From Octopus sinensis (taxonomy: Eukaryota), in NCBI RefSeq assembly GCF_006345805.1, contig NC_043006.1, forward strand, positions 46,066,001 through 46,130,000: a DNA stretch of 64,000 bases, read 5' to 3'. The notes beneath the pieces are model-generated. The model made no database searches. It was not told the DNA's origin and was given only the letters and a program-made list of their open reading frames with translations. Positions 1-12,774 of this stretch are shown in pieces. Made by a program: the position numbers and the translations under genes. How positions within the stretch are numbered: position 1 is the first letter of the stretch; each line of letters opens with the position of its first letter.

Positions 1-810
1 ATCCTCCTGTATTTTCTTTTACCCAAAGCTAGGAACTTCTCAGCATCCCTTCATATATGTATATATATATATATTAATATATATAGTATGCGTGCGTATT
101 CAGGTTTGTGCTTACCCGCCCACTGCTTGACAACACATGCTGGTTTGTTTACGTCACCGTAACTTAGCGCTACGGCAAAATCAACCGATAGAATGTGCCA
201 GACTTTAAATAAATAAGTACTGAGTCGATTAGATAAAAGTTAACAAGTAAAAGAAACTCATTGCAATTAATTTCATGGGTGAATATTTTATGGACTCTAC
301 TTGACTAAAATTCAGAACAAAGATGCACGTAACTCAATGCGACAAACTATTTGACTCGGTACTTAAGCGTTTCTATTACTAACTATCCTATCTGATATAT
401 CATAATGCATTTTGTTCGGTGTTCTAGCACCTCGGTCACTAACTGCACGACCGTAAATACCGCAAGATGATTTACTAGATCCACCAGTGCCTTCTACTCT
501 AGCCTCGGCCCGATCAGAGCCTTGTGACGGAAGCTGAAAGAAGATTGTCATATATATATGGTTTATTCTACTGAAGATCGTAAAGCAATTTTTTGCAGAG
601 CGTGAAATCTCGAGGTATAGGATTATCCAATTTTTTTTTATGCATTTTCTTGCTCGCTCCCTCGCTTTCGTACCTGTGGTTGAATAGAGAGAGCAAATTG
701 CAGAGTAGATTGTAGGTATTTGACACCTATTTCTAGCATTAGCGCTAGTCATTTCCAGTAGCCCTTTACTATAATTATATCTTTATAATTATATACGTAA
801 AATATATATA

Positions 811-1244
811 TTCTTTTATTCTTTTACTTGTTTCAATCATTTGACTGCGGCCATGTTGGAGCACCGCCTTTTTTCGAACAAATCGACTCTAGGACTTATT
901 CTTTGTAAGCCTAGTACTTATTCTAGCGGATACTTTTGCCGAATCACTAAGTTACGGGGATGTAAACACACCAACATCGATTGTCACTCGATTGTGGGGG
1001 GGGGAACATGCACACACACACAACACACACACACACACACACACTCATACATAACATACATGCATATATATATATATAGATATATATTATATATATATAT
1101 AATAGAAATATAAAATAACTAAGTCTCTCTATATACGATGAGCTTCTTTCAATTTCCATCTACCAAATCCGCTCATAAGGCTTTCGCCGGCCCGAGGCTT
1201 ATAGCAGAAGACACTTGCCCAGGGTACCACAGCCAGGCCTGCGG

Positions 1245-1248
<4 letters not shown>
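811..1248 (-). mobile_element. SINE-B copy (tRNA head, CORE-like centre, CR1-like tail) with most of the tRNA head deleted
   Basis: Matches the many other copies in the window (tail ...GACTGAAACAAGTAAAAGA, internal (CA)/(TA) microsatellite); head shortened at a CCAC microhomology. Confidence 0.85.
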
Positions 1249-1277
<29 letters not shown>

Positions 1278-1685
1278 GGTCTGTGTGTGTGTGTGGTGTG
1301 TCTGTGTCTGTGTGTGAGTGTGTGCGTGCGTCTAAATGTGGGGGTGTGTATGCCTGTATGTATATATGTATGTGTGGTTATGCGTCAGTATCTGTGTGTG
1401 TGTTGGGCTTTAGCTAAATTCGTCCATAAGACACTGGCCAATTGAAAGTTACGCTCCAAATTGGGATCGATAGGGAAACGATGCGGTTGCGAAGCGAATT
1501 CTTCTTAACGACAGAGTCATCCATGCTAGTTTGCACGAGAAACAATGGGACTAAGATAAATCTTCAAATACACGCGTTCAAGTTTAAATGAACCATGACA
1601 ATTCTGTAACCACGTTGCTATCACTTAGATTTCTGAACGTGTCTACACGAACGGTATTGGAAATCAATGCTTTTACAAATGTGCT

Positions 1686-1748
<63 letters not shown>

Positions 1749-2163
1749 ATATATATATTACAGTTGTACCGATTGAAAATCAATTGATGCACACATTTCA
1801 CACTTTCAATAATGGTTTTTAATTCAATAGCATCATTTGATGTCAATTCTTAGGTTTTCGGTTCGTCTTCGCACACGACGGCATTGTTATTTCTTATTGC
1901 TGTCGGGGTTATAAACTTTACTTACAACTTACTGCTATTGTCTATTGCAACATGTAGGATTGCTTTACATGATAAACGTGTTTGTTATATAAAACTGATG
2001 ATCAAAAACTTGAAAGTGGTTATAATAAATAATTAAATAAATAAGTATATAAATATATGTATAAATAAATAAATAATAAATAAATAAATAAAGATTGCCA
2101 TTATTATTTTGTAAACCTGTTCTTTATGAGTACAAATGAAGTGCAGTATGAAAGGAGTTCCGT

Positions 2164-2235
2164 ATACTACTACTACTACTACTACTACTCATCATCATTG
2201 TTCGACCGTGGTCGAGACAATGGAATTTACTATGT

Positions 2236-2280
<45 letters not shown>

Positions 2281-2330
2281 AACAACAACAACAACAGCAA
2301 CCACCACACCACCACCACCACCACACACAC
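2164..2330. repeat. Compound trinucleotide microsatellite (TAC)n/(AAC)n/(CAC)n
   Basis: Directly visible. Confidence 0.95.
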
Positions 2331-2677
2331 CCGAATTTTTGACTCCAGTACTTGACTGGTACAAATTTTATCGATCCCGAAGGGATGAAATGTACAGTCG
2401 ATCTCGGCGGAATTTGCACTCAGAACGTAGCGGCAGACGAAATACCTATTTCTTTACTACCCACAAGGGGTTAAATACAGAGAGGACAAACAAGGACAGA
2501 CAAAGGGATTAAGTCGATTATATCGACCTCAGTGCGTAACTGGTACTAATTAAACGACCCCGAAAGGATGAAAGGCAAAGTCGACCTCGGCGGAATTTGA
2601 ACTCAGAACATAGCGGCAGACGAAATACTGCTAAGCATTTTGCCTGGCATGCTAATATTTCTGCCAGCTCGCTGCCT
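2331..2677 (-). mobile_element. SINE-A dimer: young A1 unit joined at GAAATA|GGTATTTCG to an older diverged unit
   Basis: Head GGCAGCGAGCTGGCAGAAA (A-box-like), B-box GAGTTCAAATTC, central GCCTTTCATCCTTTCGGGGTCG motif resembling the Meta/MESC-type SINE domain. Confidence 0.9.
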
Positions 2678-2694
2678 CAATAATAATAATAATA

Positions 2695-2728
<34 letters not shown>

Positions 2729-2730
2729 GA

Positions 2731-3640
2731 TCTCATATATTTGCCACAAGGGCGAAGAATGAGGGGCACAATACAGAGACAGACATAACGTGTGGGGGTT
2801 TACATATAATAATGAAAAGGTGAAGAGTAAGTATTCACGGTATACACTGAAAAAGAAGGGACATAACCATAGCATACAAAAGTTTAGAAAAAAGGGGGAA
2901 GATGATAGAGATGTGGCCCTCCTGGTACAGGAAAGCCTCTAGGGATAATCGAAGAACCCCACTGTCCGAGACTTTCCTGAAATCACCAGGGGCAAGCGCC
3001 CTCTCCAATTTCTTCTCTCCGACTCACATATCTACACTTAGTGAGGTACAATCCACTCTTGCCATTTTCGCAACTTTCACCCACCTTTCAGTAAACTCAT
3101 TCGAGGACAGCGCTTCCCTCTCCACTCTCAATTTCCTTTTCAAGCGAAACGTGAAGAAGTCAGTGTGAGCTCTACCAAAGACGAATGTATGTCCTCATGC
3201 CTTTCAGCTTTGCTTACCAAACAACCTCTTTCGCCACAGCCACCAGGTAAAGGAAAACTGCCTTGCCTGCTCGATTGAAGGAGGGCGGCGGTGCAATCAC
3301 TGTGGGCTCGGTCGACAGACGGATCCATCCCATACGTGACAGCAGCTGTTCAACATAACCCCACAAGTCAGCAATGCTCGGACACTGAACGAGGGCGGGC
3401 AGAACGGTTTCGTTACTCTGCGTGCAACTCTGACAAGTCCGTCTGACAGCATATTCATGCTTGTAGATTTTATCTCGAACCAGTAGCGCCCCCCCCCCCC
3501 CCCCCCGATAACACTGCCAGGCCAAGGACATCTGGAAATTACCCATGATATTTCTCGACCGGAAAGACCTCCGGAAGAATAGCCGGTTCGTACTCGTCGA
3601 CACCCAGAGTTCCCCCGAAACTTCCTCGCTACTTATCCAC
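2731..3640 (-). mobile_element. 5'-truncated L1/Tx1-clade non-LTR retrotransposon (ORF2 C-terminal zinc-finger region plus 3' UTR), decayed
   Basis: ORF 3214-3603 reads LAWQCY..LLVRDKIYKH..RTCQSCTQSNETVLPALVQCPSIADLW, a CxxC..ET..(H)..C..W zf-RVT pattern typical of L1/Tx1 ORF2; the 3' end abuts a (TAA)n tract. Confidence 0.75.
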
Positions 3641-4036
3641 TATGGTTTCAAATTTTGCTACAAAGGCAGCCATTTTGGTGGAGAAGATGTATCGATTACA
3701 TTGATCTCAGTGTTCAACTCGTACTTATTTTATCGACACCGAAATGATGAAAGGTAAGGTAAAGCGGAATTTGAATGCAGAACGTAGCGTCGGGTGAAAT
3801 ACTTATTTCTTTACTACCCTCAAGGAGCTAAACACAGAGGGGACAAACAAGGACAGACAAACGGATTAACTCGATTACATTGACCCCAGTGCGTAACTGG
3901 TACTTATTTAATCGACCCCCGAAAGGACGAAAGGCAAAGTCGACCTCGGCAGAACTAGAACTCAGAACGCAACGGCAGACGAAATACCGCTAAGCATTTC
4001 GCCCGGCGTGCTAACGATTCAGCCAGCTCGCCGCCT
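3641..4036 (-). mobile_element. SINE-A dimer (A1 unit nested in an older copy)
   Basis: Same head and centre; GAAATA|AGTATTTC variant of the junction. Confidence 0.9.
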
Positions 4037-4272
4037 TAACAACAACGACAACAACAACACAACAACAACAACAACAACAGCAATATTGCAGGATTTCAAT
4101 AAATCATCAGTGGGAAAATGACCTTTTGAGCGGCATGGGCTGCTCAACCTGAAGAAAATTCTAATTGGGTGTTCTACCTGCAAGTTCATGCACTCTTTAT
4201 CTTGGTATGAGGTCATCATGTCGCGCACATATGGTTGTGATACATGTGTCTGGTGTATCAGGCACATGTACA

Positions 4273-4412
4273 CAACTAGTACTTAATTTATCGACCCAGA
4301 AAGAATGAAAGGCAAAGTCGACCTCGGCGGAATTTGAACACAGAACGTACCGATGAGCGAAATACTGCTAAGTATTTCGCCCAGCGTGTAACGATTCTGC
4401 CAGCTTGCCGCC
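4273..4412 (-). mobile_element. SINE-A 5' half
   Basis: Head and central domain; followed by (TAA)n. Confidence 0.85.
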
Positions 4413-4460
4413 TTAATAATAATAATAATAATAATGATGATGATGATAATAATAATAATA

Positions 4461-4507
<47 letters not shown>

Positions 4508-4529
4508 GTGATGATGATAATATTAATAA

Positions 4530-5735
4530 CTGGACTCTAAATGAACTAATCAAAATAGACTGGAAAACAAGAATAATAGGATTTAGGACTTAGGACGCAC
4601 CACCCAAAATCTGACATAGAACGGCGATATATACAACGTATCGAAGGTGGTAGAGGCCTTATACAGCTAGAAAACTATTACACAGTAACCACCATAGGAC
4701 TACATAAATGCCTACTTCAGAAGCAAGGAAAACTAATAATCATAAAACACGAACAAAACAAAAAACTGTTTCCAGTCTTTAAGGAAGCTAACAAACACAA
4801 AAAAGAAGTCATCGTACCTAACAATTATGATGATAAAAGAAAAACAACAAAAGCTGTGAAACAACTGAAATCCAAACTAAAACTGGAACTGCAACGGATG
4901 ATGATAAAACGATAGCAACAAAACAGAAAAGAAATAGACAAAGCAAAAGCCCAACAAATGCTGAGTAGCTCAGGACTTAAAGCAGAGACTGAAGGATTTT
5001 TAATTGCAACTCAAGATCGAAGCCTTCCCATCAGAAATCACCAAAGACATATAATGAAAAGAAATGCAAGTAACTGCAAAATATGTGGTGATGGAGAAGA
5101 AACAATAAATCACATTGTCTCTGGCTGTCCAGTCCTGGCTAAGAAGGAATATATTCAGAGACACAACAGAGTTGGGACCTATATACACTGGAAACTATGC
5201 CAACACTATGGAATAACAACGGAAAAAAGATGGTATAAGTACATGCTAGAAAAGTTCACAGAGAGTGAAAAAGCAACAATACTCTGGCATATGGCAATAC
5301 ACACAGATAGAGAAATTAAACCGGACATAGTTGTCAGAGATCACCAAGAAAAATAATGCTTTCTGATCGATGTATCAATACCAACAGATGACAATGTTTC
5401 TTTAAAAGAAACAGAGAAACTTTCAAAATACAAAGGTCTCAAAATAGAGATAAATCCAATGTCGAGCTTAAAAACAGAAACAATTTCTATCATAGTAGGT
5501 GTGTTAGGTATGATAAAAAAACATTCAGACGAATACATAACAAAAACACCATGACCAACAAGTATATAAAACATACAGAAAATATGCACTATTAGGCACC
5601 GCACACATCCTACGTAAAACAATTTCAATGCAGGGAAAATAAGACCATAACAACGAATCACTACACATATCCAAGTTACATAGAACCGCGCTCGGTAGTG
5701 CAGTGAAAGCTCGTGATAAAAATACGACTACTGAA
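4530..5735 (+). mobile_element. R4/Dong-like RLE non-LTR retrotransposon, 3' portion, decayed
   Basis: CKICGDGEETINHIVSGC zinc knuckle, RHNRV, KPDIVV...LIDVSIP restriction-like endonuclease motifs; flanked by (TAA)/(TGA)n tracts. Confidence 0.88.
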
Positions 5736-5740
5736 TAATA

Positions 5741-5848
<108 letters not shown>

Positions 5849-6646
5849 GTCATGATGAATAGATTACCAGAACGCATACTAAATGGTTCCTCATTCGTGG
5901 ATTATGGATTGCTTGAAGATATTTGGAATTACACACAAAAATGGTGGACTTATTGACCAGAAATATGAATGGATGAACTGCTGAACTGATATCGGAGAGG
6001 CAAAGCTTAGGACTTTGAAAATGTCAAACGTGAAATCTTCCAAGGAGATAACTTGTCATCGTTGCGTTTTGTAATGTGTGTGTGTGTGTGTGATACCGCT
6101 GGTTTTGATATTGGGAAACACGAAAGCTGGGTATGAGTTCAAGAAAAGAAAAGTTAAGATCAATCATTTTCTTTTTATCGGCGACCTGAAACTGTATGGA
6201 AAAGATGAAACGTAGCTGAATTCACTGATGTAGACAGAACATTGCTTTAGCGCGGATATAAGAATGGAATTTGGGCTAAAAGTTGTGGAGTATTGATTGT
6301 AAAGAGAGGTAAAATCCAGCAAGTGGACGTTGTGAAGTAGCCCTTGGGAGAGGTAATGAAGAGAAGAGACAGGGAATGAATCAGATATCTGAGCGTAATA
6401 AAAATGGTGGAAATTGTGGGAAGGCAAATGAAGGAGAGGTTATCTTACGAGTATTGCAGAAGACTGAGATTGATTTTGAAGTCTGAACTGAATGGGAAAA
6501 ATATGTTCCAAGTAATAAGTAAATTCATGGGCAATTGTTCTCTTGAGAAATTGAGCAGCAGTGATACGAGAGCAGAGGAACAGAAAACTTTGGATAAGAG
6601 AAAAAAATAGTCAATAAATGGTGCGTGACACTTGAAATGTGATACC

Positions 6647-6976
6647 TATTTCTTTATTACCCACAAGGGGCTAAACACAGAGGGGACAAACAAGGACAGA
6701 CATAGGTATTAAGTCGATTACATTGACCCCAGTGCGTAACTGGTACTTAATTTATCGACCCCGAAAGGATAAAAGGCAAAGTCGACCTCGGCGGAATTTG
6801 AACTCAGAACGTAATGGCAGGCGAAATACCGCTAAGCATTTCGTCTGACGTGCTAACGGTTCTGCCAGCTCGCCGCCTAGTCGACCTCGGCGGAATTTGA
6901 ACTCAGAACGTAATGGCAGGCGAAATACCGCTAAGCATTTCGTCTGACGTGCTAACGGTTCTGCCAGCTCGCCGCC
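6647..6976 (-). mobile_element. SINE-A1 with duplicated 99-bp head and 15-16 bp TSD
   Basis: TSD (C)TTGAAATGTGATACC at 6631-6646 and 6976-6991; identical repeat 6780-6878 / 6879-6977. Confidence 0.92.
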
Positions 6977-7131
6977 TTGAAATGTGATACCGACAGGTTG
7001 TGCTTTTCGAGGAAGAAATAAGAGCGCTGTTGATAAGTTGTGATGATTATAGTAGACAGAGGAAAACAATATTATTTGGTATATAAAGGATGAAAATGAA
7101 GTATTACTTGCACAAATAAAGAAGGCAGGTA

Positions 7132-8300
7132 CAGGGGTTGGACAAAATAATGGAAACACCTGAAAATTTCAAACAAACTAATTTTAATATGGGGTATGAC
7201 CGCCTTTGGCAGTAATTACAGCTTGAATTCTACGAGGTATGGGCTCGTACAAAGTTTGAATTGTTTCCAAAGGAATTTTTGTCCATTCTTCAGCTAAAAC
7301 AGTCTCCAGTTCTTGTAGTGATGATGATGGAGGATATCGACTCCTTACTTGTTTTTCTAAAAAATGCACCATAAATGTTCAATAATATTGAGATCTGGGG
7401 ACTGTGGTGGCCAGATAAGACGTTCACCTTCACTAGAATGTTCCTTGTTTCCATTCTTTAGCTGTGTAAATTGATGCATTATCATCTTGAAAGATTGCGT
7501 TTCCCTCCGTAAACAGTTCTGCAACCATAGGAGGAATTTGATCAAATAAAATGCTTAAATAGTCTTGACTATTAAGTCTGCCATGAAAGGAAAACATTGG
7601 GCCTGCAGATTTCCAAGATATAGCCCCCCCCCCCCCCCCCACCACAAATCATCACATATATTTCTCGATGATTAACAGTTGGAAGAAAGCAGTCTGGGTC
7701 AAATGCTTCTTTTGGCTGTCTCCACACGCATACTCGGCCAGTGGTCGGAAATAAGGTAAAGGATGACTCTTCCGAGAAAATAACATTCTTCCACTGCTCT
7801 AGGGACCAATTCTGTAGGTTTTTACTCCACTCTAAACGCTTTGCTACGTTTGCTTTTGAAAGTAGTGGTTTTCTGATTGCAGCTCTCCCATGAAATCCGG
7901 CTTTGTGCAGCTCCTGGTATGGAAACTGAGTTCTCGAGATGGTCATTAAGCTGTGCAGTAATTTGGGAGCTGTACTTTTGTGATCCTTTCTAACAATTCG
8001 TGTAAGAATCCGACGCTCCCTATCTGAAAGTTTTGGTTTTCTTCCGGAGTTTTGTTTCGGCGAGGAGATTTTTCCTTCTTTCTCAAAAGATGTCATTACT
8101 TTCGAGACAGTACTTCTTGATATACCAAACATTTCGGCTGTTTTCGTTACGCTAGCGCCTGCCATACGAGTACAAACAATTTGACCTCTTTGAAAGACCG
8201 ATCGCTCTGTCATTTTAATGAATTTTAATTACCTTTTTCTGATGACATCTGAAACGAAACAGCAATTTTTAGCAAAACATATTAACCAACACTAATAATA
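7132..8300 (-). mobile_element. Tc1-family DNA transposon with one TIR retained
   Basis: TA|CAGGGGTTGGACAAAATAATGGAAACACC terminus at 7130-7160; the matching TIR is not found at the other end. Confidence 0.88.
7184..8213 (-). pseudogene. Tc1 (DD34E) transposase pseudogene, frameshifted
   Basis: HTH N-terminus, GRKPKL, VIFSEES, FQDDNAS and WPPQSPDLNIIEHLW motifs spread over four ORF pieces. Confidence 0.92.
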
Positions 8301-8767
8301 AATGTGATCATAGAATCGAACTTTGGAAACCCAATATTGTAGTTGTAGACAAGAAAAGAAAATCATTCCTGATCATAGACATCACTTGTTCTAGGGATAG
8401 CAGAATCATCGAAAAAGCAAGAGAAAAACTTATGCAGTATGAAGCTCTGAGGAGAGAAATCAAAAATGGTGGTCAATGAAAAAAGTGTATATTGTGCAAA
8501 TAATAGTTGGTGTCCGAGGGTTAGTGAGTTAAGAAATTAAAAATTGGTCAGAAAACATAGGAATAAAAATGAAAATAGAGCGTATCCAGAAAACAGCATT
8601 ACTTGGCAGTGTAAAGAGTCTCTGTAAAGTTCTCGAGACTTGAAAAGAACATACCCTCTTCATATCACGAGATGTGAAGGGTTGGTACATAAAATGTACA
8701 TAAAGGACACCTCCAGCAACAGGCTATATCAGATATAATAATTATTTCTACTCTAGGAACAAGGCCT

Positions 8768-9472
8768 CTGACCCTAATTGCAGATTATGCGATACATTCA
8801 ACGAAACAGTAGACCATCTTGTCTCGGGATGTCCTATGCTGACACCAAACGAACACAAATATCGCCACGATTGTGTAGGACAGTATTTACATTGGAAAAT
8901 ATGTAAACACTACAAAATCAATACACCTGCTTACTGGCATGAACATCATCCTGAGCCAGTCGTTGAAGGTAAAAAATGTCACTAATCTCTGGGATTTTCC
9001 AGTCAACACTGACAGAACGATCCAGGCTAATAGACCAGACATAGTCATTGAAGATTGAGAAGAAAATACTTGTAGACTAATAGATGTAGGTGTTCCCACT
9101 GGTAAAAATTTATCTGTAAAGGAATTTGACAAATTAAGTAAACAGAAGGACCCGGAAATTGAAATACAAAAGATGTGGCGTCTTAAAGCGAGAACTGTTT
9201 CTGTTATTGTGGGTGTCCTGCGTATGGTAAGAAAGGGATGTCAAAAATATCTAGATAAGATCCCAGGAGAACCATGTCTCTGAGAAATCCAACACATCCT
9301 TAGAAAAACCCTATCAATTTAAATATCTGTGTTGTATTACATGAAGTTATTTCGCTACTGCCCCTGCCACTACCCCTCCGCAAGCTTTCAGTCATACTCT
9401 AACATCTCTTATCCTTCACTCGCCCAGGACGCTGGGTGTGCCTCGGCAAGTGACTGTAACAAACATGGAGTT

Positions 9473-9480
<8 letters not shown>
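8768..9480 (+). mobile_element. Third R4/Dong-like RLE non-LTR 3' end
   Basis: CRLCDTFNETVDHLVSGC, RHDCVG, NRPDIVI..LIDVGVP; 3' UTR runs into (TAAA)/(TAA)n. Confidence 0.88.
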
Positions 9481-9517
<37 letters not shown>

Positions 9518-9548
9518 TAATAATAAAAAATAATAATAATAATAATAA

Positions 9549-9732
9549 TCCTTTCCACTAGGCTCAGGGCCTGAAATTTGGGGGAGGAGGATAGTCGATT
9601 ACATCGACCCCAGTACTCAACTGGTACTTAATTTATCGACTTCGGCGGAATTTGAACTCAGAACGTAAAGACGGACGAGATGCCGCTAAGCATCTTGCCT
9701 AGCCTTCTGACGATTCTGCCATCTCAGAGCCT
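9549..9732 (-). mobile_element. SINE-A (A2 tail) inside a (TAA)n tract
   Basis: Head and tail match the family; internal deletion. Confidence 0.85.
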
Positions 9733-9761
9733 TAATAATAATAATAATAATAATAATAATA

Positions 9762-10308
9762 TCTTGCAGGACCCGTGAATATTTAACGGAATTAATGGTA
9801 AACCCATTGAGCCATTTCTGAAAATTTTATCAAAAAAAAAACCGAAAATCGTAGCCTGTGTTGTGCCTGTATGGAAAAATAGTCGCTCATCTGCTACTCG
9901 TTGAAAAGTGAAAGAGATTGGAATACAATGATTACTTAAGGCACTTCATATAAACACTTTATATACTTTATGCACAATTTTATAGACTTAATAGACAGCT
10001 CTCATAAAATAAATATTCACTCTTATTTCTCCATTTTCCTCATAAACAAAACCAAAAATTTTCCGTCTATATGATTAGTTAAATTGCATATATCTGCCAC
10101 GTAAATAAGCGTTAATATTTCACGCAATTGCACTTATGCGTATGTGTTAAGTGATAAGTGATATGAAAAACTTAGTTCAATTAAAAGAAAATACACTTTT
10201 CACTATCCAATTACCACCACCACCAAGAACCACCACCACCACCACCGCCACCACTACCATCATCATCTCCCGTCTCTCTCCCTCTTGTCTCTCCTCTTTC
10301 TCTCTTGC

Positions 10309-10340
<32 letters not shown>

Positions 10341-10510
10341 GACTCTCTCTCCCTTCTCTGCCTCTCTTTAACCTCACTATCAGAACATCACCCCTCTGCT
10401 AAAATTATTACGTTCCCCTTACCTCACGTATTGGACGCCTATCTCTCTCTCGCTCTCTCTTTCATCTCTCCGTATTTTTCCTCTCTCTTATTTTTTTCTC
10501 TCTCTCTTTC
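9762..10510 (-). mobile_element. Decayed non-autonomous Helitron, same family as 38442-39456
   Basis: 9762-10000 aligns by eye to 38442-39065; degenerate 3' hairpin and CAAG end; right boundary uncertain. Confidence 0.6.
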
Positions 10511-10512
10511 TT

Positions 10513-10900
10513 GAGAAATTAGGCTTTTCCAAACCAGAAAGGAGAAAGCTAATTCAAAGACTACTGATCCAATCCATCACTGGAACTGTAAAATTCTGTA
10601 AAACTTTCTAGAAGTTTATCATTTACATATATTAGAGCCTGTCTGGATATGCAATTATTCGCGTTAGGATACAGACATAAAGCAAAACATACAAATATGC
10701 TCATACATGCATACATACATACATACATACATACATACATACATACATACATACATACATACATACATACATACATACAAACAAAAATACTCTGTTGGTG
10801 ATGTTGAGATTCTAATGAAGGAGCCTTGAATCTAGGTTAGGAACCGAGCTTTTCTCTATTGACCACAAATCTTGAAATAAAATTGAACAATGACATACAT
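10513..10900 (+). mobile_element. Probable retroelement 3' end associated with (CATA)n
   Basis: GFSKPERRKLIQRLLIQSITGTVKFCKTF reading followed by a UTR-like segment, part of which recurs at 47403-47458, also inside (CATA)n. Confidence 0.45.
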
Positions 10901-11783
10901 ACATTTTTCATATATTTTCTATACAGTATCCGTCTGCCAAATGCTCTCACGAGACATTGGTCAGCTTGGAGTTAGAGTAAAAAAAATACTTGTCTAAGAT
11001 ACCTCGCAGCAGAACTGAACCCGAAACCATATGGTTGCAAAGCGAGGTTCTTAACCACACATCCGAAACTGTGCTTATGTTCTTCAAGATTTTGCTTTTG
11101 TTTCACATCAGACAACTATTTGTAGGTTATGAGTGAATTCAGTGTCTAGCATTAAAAAAAAAAAGTAGCATTTTCGAAATCTTCTGATGTTCTGTCTTGG
11201 GGGCTCTAAGATTTCTTCTTTCAACTTCTCAAACGTTTGCGGAATTTCACTTAGTGTTACATCGTCTTTTTTTTTTTTCGTTTTCTTGTTTGCTTTTCTC
11301 AATATCTGATCTTATTTTCTTACCTTTATCTTGTATCTTGATTTCACAAATACCAAAGAGGCTATTCTTTTCCGTTCAATCTTTGCTTCTATGTTGACGT
11401 TCCATCATAAGACGTTTTCGTTTTTGTATGTTCATAGATTATTTTCCTAACTAATATATATTGTCTGCGAGAATAATTGTGTTACTTACAAGTAGTATCT
11501 GTTACAGTCTGTTTACGACGATTTGCTGTTCATGTTTCAACATCTTGCTATTTTCTTCTACTCTGCATTAATGTTCTTTTTCATTAATTCTTCATTTACT
11601 TTTCACTCTAGAAGGGTGTGTCTTTCTAGTATAAATGTAAGTAATTTACAATGTCAGCTTCTTTTAATATTTCTTACTTCGAGTTTCTAATATATTCTGA
11701 CATATTGTTAAATTTGATATACTGCTGTAGTATTTTATAATTGTGGTTATTATTTTTACTTTTATTTTTGCTGTTGTTGAGCA

Positions 11784-12760
11784 GGCGGCGAGTAGGCAGA
11801 ATCGTTAGCACGTCGGGCGAATTGCTTAGCGGTATTTCGTCTGCGTTACGTTGTGAGTTCGAATTCCGCCGAGGTCGACTTTGCCTTTCATCCTTTCGGG
11901 GTCGATAAATTAAGCACCAGTTACGCACTGGGGTCGATGTAATCGACTTAATACCTATGTCTGTCCTTGTTTGTCCCCTCTATGTTTAGCCCCTTGTGGG
12001 TAATAAAGAAATAGGTATTTCGTCTGCGTTACGTTCTGAGTTCAAATTCCGCCGAGGTTGACTTTGCCTTTCATCCTTTCAGGGTCGATAAATTAAGTAC
12101 CAGTTACGCACTGGGGTCGATGTAATCGACTTAATACCTATGTCTGTCCTTGTTTGTCCCCTGTATGTTTAGCCCCTTGTGGGTAATAAAGAAATAGGTA
12201 TTTCGTCTGCCGTTACGTTCTGAGTTCAAATTCCGCCGAGGTCAACTTTGCTTTTCATCCTTTCGGGGTCGATAAATTAAGTACCAGTTACGCATTGGGG
12301 TCGATTTAATCGACCTAATCCCTTTTTTCTGTCCTTGTTTGTCCCCTGTATGTTTAGCTCCACGTGAGTAGTAAAGAAATAAGAATAGTTAGCGCGCCGG
12401 TCGAAATGCTTAGCGGTATTTCAGCTGTGTTTACGTTCTGAGTTCAAATTCTGCCGAGGTCGACTTTACTTTTCACCCTTTCAGGGTCGATAAATTAAGT
12501 ACTAGTTGCCTACTAAGGTCGATCTAATCGACTGGCCCCCTCCCCCAAAATTTTTGGCCTTGTGCCTAGAGTAGAAAAGAATCGTTAGCTCGCTGGTCGA
12601 AATTCTTAGCGGTATTTCACCCGTCGCTACGTTATGTGTTCAAATTTCGCCGAGGTCGACTTTGCCTTTCAACCTTTCGGGGTCAATAAATTAAGTACCA
12701 GTGAAACACTTATCCCTCCCCCACAAAATTTCAGGCCTTGTGCCTATAATAGAAAGATTT
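11784..12760 (+). mobile_element. SINE-A head-to-tail array of five units (three A1, two A2-type)
   Basis: Junctions GAAATA|GGTATTTCG (twice), GAAATA|AGAATAGTTAGC and AAAAGAAT|CGTTAGC. Confidence 0.92.
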
Positions 12761-12774
12761 ATTGTTGTTAATCG

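Larger units (their letters stand above)
5851..8740 (+). mobile_element. Second R4/Dong-like RLE non-LTR element (RT plus RLE remnants), interrupted by a SINE and a Tc1 element
   Basis: IFQGDNLSSL and INHFLFIGDLKLY RT motifs at ~6030-6200; KPNIVVVDK...IIDIT RLE motif at ~8325-8390. Confidence 0.75.

Noticed and set aside
10808-10856. Hammerhead-like CTAATGA..GGAACCGAG
   Set aside because: Both core boxes deviate from consensus and stem I is not evident; a family consensus is needed
11105-11660. Possible minus-strand LINE remnant
   Set aside because: Purine bias only; no diagnostic motif
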